In this document: piece by piece, positions 48,631 to 51,578 of the stretch | Layout of the letters: every line of letters begins with the position of its first letter | Position numbering within the stretch: the stretch's first letter is position 1 | Assembly (NCBI GenBank): GCA_001938485.1 | Contig: MQRK01219331.1 | Location: forward strand, 1 to 51,578 | DNA: 51,578 nt | From: Girardia tigrina | Taxonomy: Eukaryota | Direction of reading: 5' to 3' | Translations under genes and position numbers: made by a program | Notes under the pieces: generated by a model | What the model was told of the DNA's origin: nothing | Seen by the model: the letters and a program-made list of their open reading frames with translations, nothing else | Database searches by the model: none

Positions 48631-50919
48631 TATTAAGAACACCAACATGGGTTTTCGAACTTTTATTTTCAATACAATTAGAATTGTCTTTTGGACAACT
48701 CTCAGCAAAGCTTTCGTAATTCGACATCGTTCTAAATTGATAAATTTTAGTTAGTGTTTTTTTTAATAAACAACTATTCGAAAAATTTTTTCATTATTTT
48801 CAGATTTTATTTTTAAAGTTCTAATTTTGTAATTTTAGTAATAATTTTATCTACATATTAATTTTATTTTAAAAATGATTTTATTTAAAGAAAGATTTTT
48901 TAAAAATTTTAAAATTTTTTTTATTTAAAACTTAGTTAAAAGTTATTTACTTTATTTAAATTTTTAATATTAAAATTTGAAACGATTTAATATTTTAAAA
49001 GTTTTTTTAATATCTTACGCTGTACTTTAAAATCTAAATTATACTCGAATAATTTGGAATCGTGAACACCCAAAATATCAATTTTCAATCTGGGTGAGAG
49101 AAACACATTTCCAAATACTAAACTCAACATACCAAATTTAAAATATTCTTTACATCCCCTCGATTTAAATGGCTTTAGCCATTCCACATTTCTGATCAAT
49201 TAATACCATCATCTAATTGTATCTCGTAACTTCTTTCATGTTGTCGGTTCTTTATTGTGGATGGTCCCATATATCGATCCTCATAAATCGAAGGGGATGT
49301 GAGGGATATGTGAATGTTGTAAGTTTGTTGTTTGTATGCTGTTTAGATTTGTGACTCTCCTACTCAGATGGGATTGATATGTTATTTGATTAATTATTTG
49401 AATCTAATGAAATTAATTTAATGATATTAAATTAAAGTACTAATTAATTAAAGTTTGATATTTAGAAATTTTAATAATATTTTCAGTAAACGATTTTAAC
49501 TTATTAAATTTAATATATTTTAAAAATTCTTTTCTTCGTAACGAACAAATATATCTCATTTTAAAAATTAATGTTTATTTAAAAAATTACATAATGTCTT
49601 TTTATCCAATAAAAATTATGAGAAATTAAAATGTAATATTAAAATTTCCCCATTCATTGATTTTTTCATATTTAAATATTTAATCAAAAACTATATTAAT
49701 CAAAGAAAGATGACCACTGAAAATTGTTGTGAAGAATCTGTTTGTGTTGTAAATAAATGTTTGCATTCAAATTGTGATGTTGTTAATATTCTCTAAAGTA
49801 CAATTCGTCATCTAGTTTGTTCACTTCTGCTACTGGGTATTTCCTATTCGTGTATGTTTGCAGTTCTCTATACCGTTGATTCGAGTAATTTTGCCTGTTG
49901 TTCCATCGATTATTTCCATTATCCCCTTTCCATTGATCACGCTCGCTAAACCTATTAAGGTTTTCATAACACTGTGTTCTTAAATACCCTTTTCCATTAC
50001 TATGACTATACGTTACGTTTGGGCACTCTCTTCTAACATGCTCTTCTTTGGGGCATGCCCAACAGGTAATTTTTCGCACTTTAAAATTTCTTCTTGTTTC
50101 TTGTTCTATGAATTTCTCGTTCTGGGGTCTTGGTGTTCTTTTTTTATTTTCCATTGTTCTCCATTCATTTTCTCTTTTTGTGTTATATGCCGCTACAGGA
50201 GCGTTTCTTTTCTTTTTATAATATTTGAACATTCTCGTTTGAATGTCTTCAATCTCTTCAGATTTCTTGATTCCTCTGACAGCTATTTCTTTCTGTACGT
50301 TCTCGTCATCTATCAGATTAGCGTAGACCAAATTTGATAGTTCTTTTTTACCCAACTTTTTCTCAATTAGCTTCTCAATGATTTCATCAGCCTTTCTAAA
50401 TGTTATTGTTGGATCGCTGGATCCAAATCTCATTTCTACCAGTTCCTTCATTATATCCAGGATAGATTTTTCCCTTGAAAACTCGGATCTTGGTTTCTCT
50501 TCACATGTTTCACCTGCCGCTGCTTCATATTTTATTATGACATCCGGAGTATTATATGGTGTTGCTAATAAGATTTTTCTCTCCTCTTAAAATACCATTA
50601 TATTCGCATACTTGTTAAAGCTCGTTATGAATGCCTCAACTTTTGTTTCTGATCCATCAAATATTTCTGGACCTCTAATGTTCGGAATCACGTGGTCTTG
50701 TGTCACCATATTAAGAACACCAACATGGGTTTTCGAACTTTTATTTTCAATACAATTTGAATTGTCTTTTCGTTAACTCTCAGCTTTCGTCATTCAATAT
50801 CGTTCTAAATTGATAAATTTTAGTTAATGTTTTTAATAAACAATTATTCGAACAAATTTTTCATTATTTTCAGATTTTATTTTTAAAGTTCAAATTTTGT
50901 AATTTTAGTAATAATTTTA
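48631..50919 (-). mobile_element. Internally deleted Gypsy LTR retrotransposon
   Basis: Partial 5' LTR 50919-50709 matches 48849-48631. PBS TGGTGACA at 50708-50701. Gag with degenerate CCHC knuckles (CWACPKEEHVRREC). Integrase tail (DRYMGP..., RNVEWLKPF), PPT GAGGGGA, 3' LTR 49154-48631. Confidence 0.9.
49298..49788 (+). mobile_element. Second-family LTR with its PPT, inverted inside the Gypsy element
   Basis: Same sequence as the solo LTR at 34745-35204; preceded by aaatcGAAGGGGA. Confidence 0.85.
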
Positions 50920-51578
50920 GAACTCGTATGTTTGTTCAATTTCTTTTCATCTGTTGATTGGAATTCGGTTTTCAATTCAATTCGATCTCAAATCTCATTG
51001 CTCGAAGATAATAATATCCTCTCATAAAGTAACTGAAATATTTAATTGATTCTTGAACTCACTCTTTATTTTATGGTGATAAATTCTTACCACTTCTTTT
51101 TATTACTTCTGTTCAAACTGTTATAATTAATATTATTCTTTAAAATATATTCAATACTTTTATTTTATATTTTTACTCTTCTGGAAGTTGATCTAGCTCA
51201 CAAGTTTTAATGGTATCTAGGTCCTTTCTACAATTAGGATTTTATGTTTTTACTCCGTGATATCTTGATTTAATCAAAAGAGCAACTCTTAAATGAGACT
51301 GATCTTTTGCAAATATGTAACCAAAAATTTAACTGCAATATTATTATTGTGTTCCAGATTAAGATCAAGATTCATGACTAAATTTTTAGTGGTATTCTAA
51401 TGTAAAATTAATTTTATAAAAATATTTATTTCCATTTTGATTTTTAAAAAACATTAATTATAAATAATATTATTAATAAAAAATTTTTTTTATAAAAACA
51501 ACCACGTTTTTCAAGCATTACCAATGCACTAAAAAGAGGAAAATAATTTTTTTCTAGACATGTGCGAAATTTTATACC

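Overview
Very AT-rich, gapped eukaryotic (metazoan) genomic DNA. The ~50-nt introns, (TA)n tracts and transposon spectrum resemble a planarian/triclad draft assembly (inference). One intact host gene is present: an 8-exon SH2B/Lnk/APS-family adaptor (Phe-zipper, PH, SH2; + strand, 8584-38521, ~565 aa, all splice phases consistent). Most of the rest is decayed and nested mobile DNA: several Penelope-like elements with minimal hammerhead ribozymes (7 motifs), three hAT remnants, a FLYWCH-MULE, pogo/Tc1/mariner/long-TIR rosa-like elements, an RLE-type non-LTR retrotransposon, a foldback-like MITE and several Gypsy-type LTR elements. The most notable items are: a Gypsy element whose Gag is preceded in frame by a ubiquitin-like domain ending LRG-S; a five-exon orphan gene with intact splice structure and no frameshifts but four nonsense codons; ankyrin-repeat DNA inside a long-TIR mariner-type element; and a sense-strand hammerhead in SH2B intron 1 that an upstream inverted arm could sequester. 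All protein-family calls come from motif recognition by eye; no searches were run.
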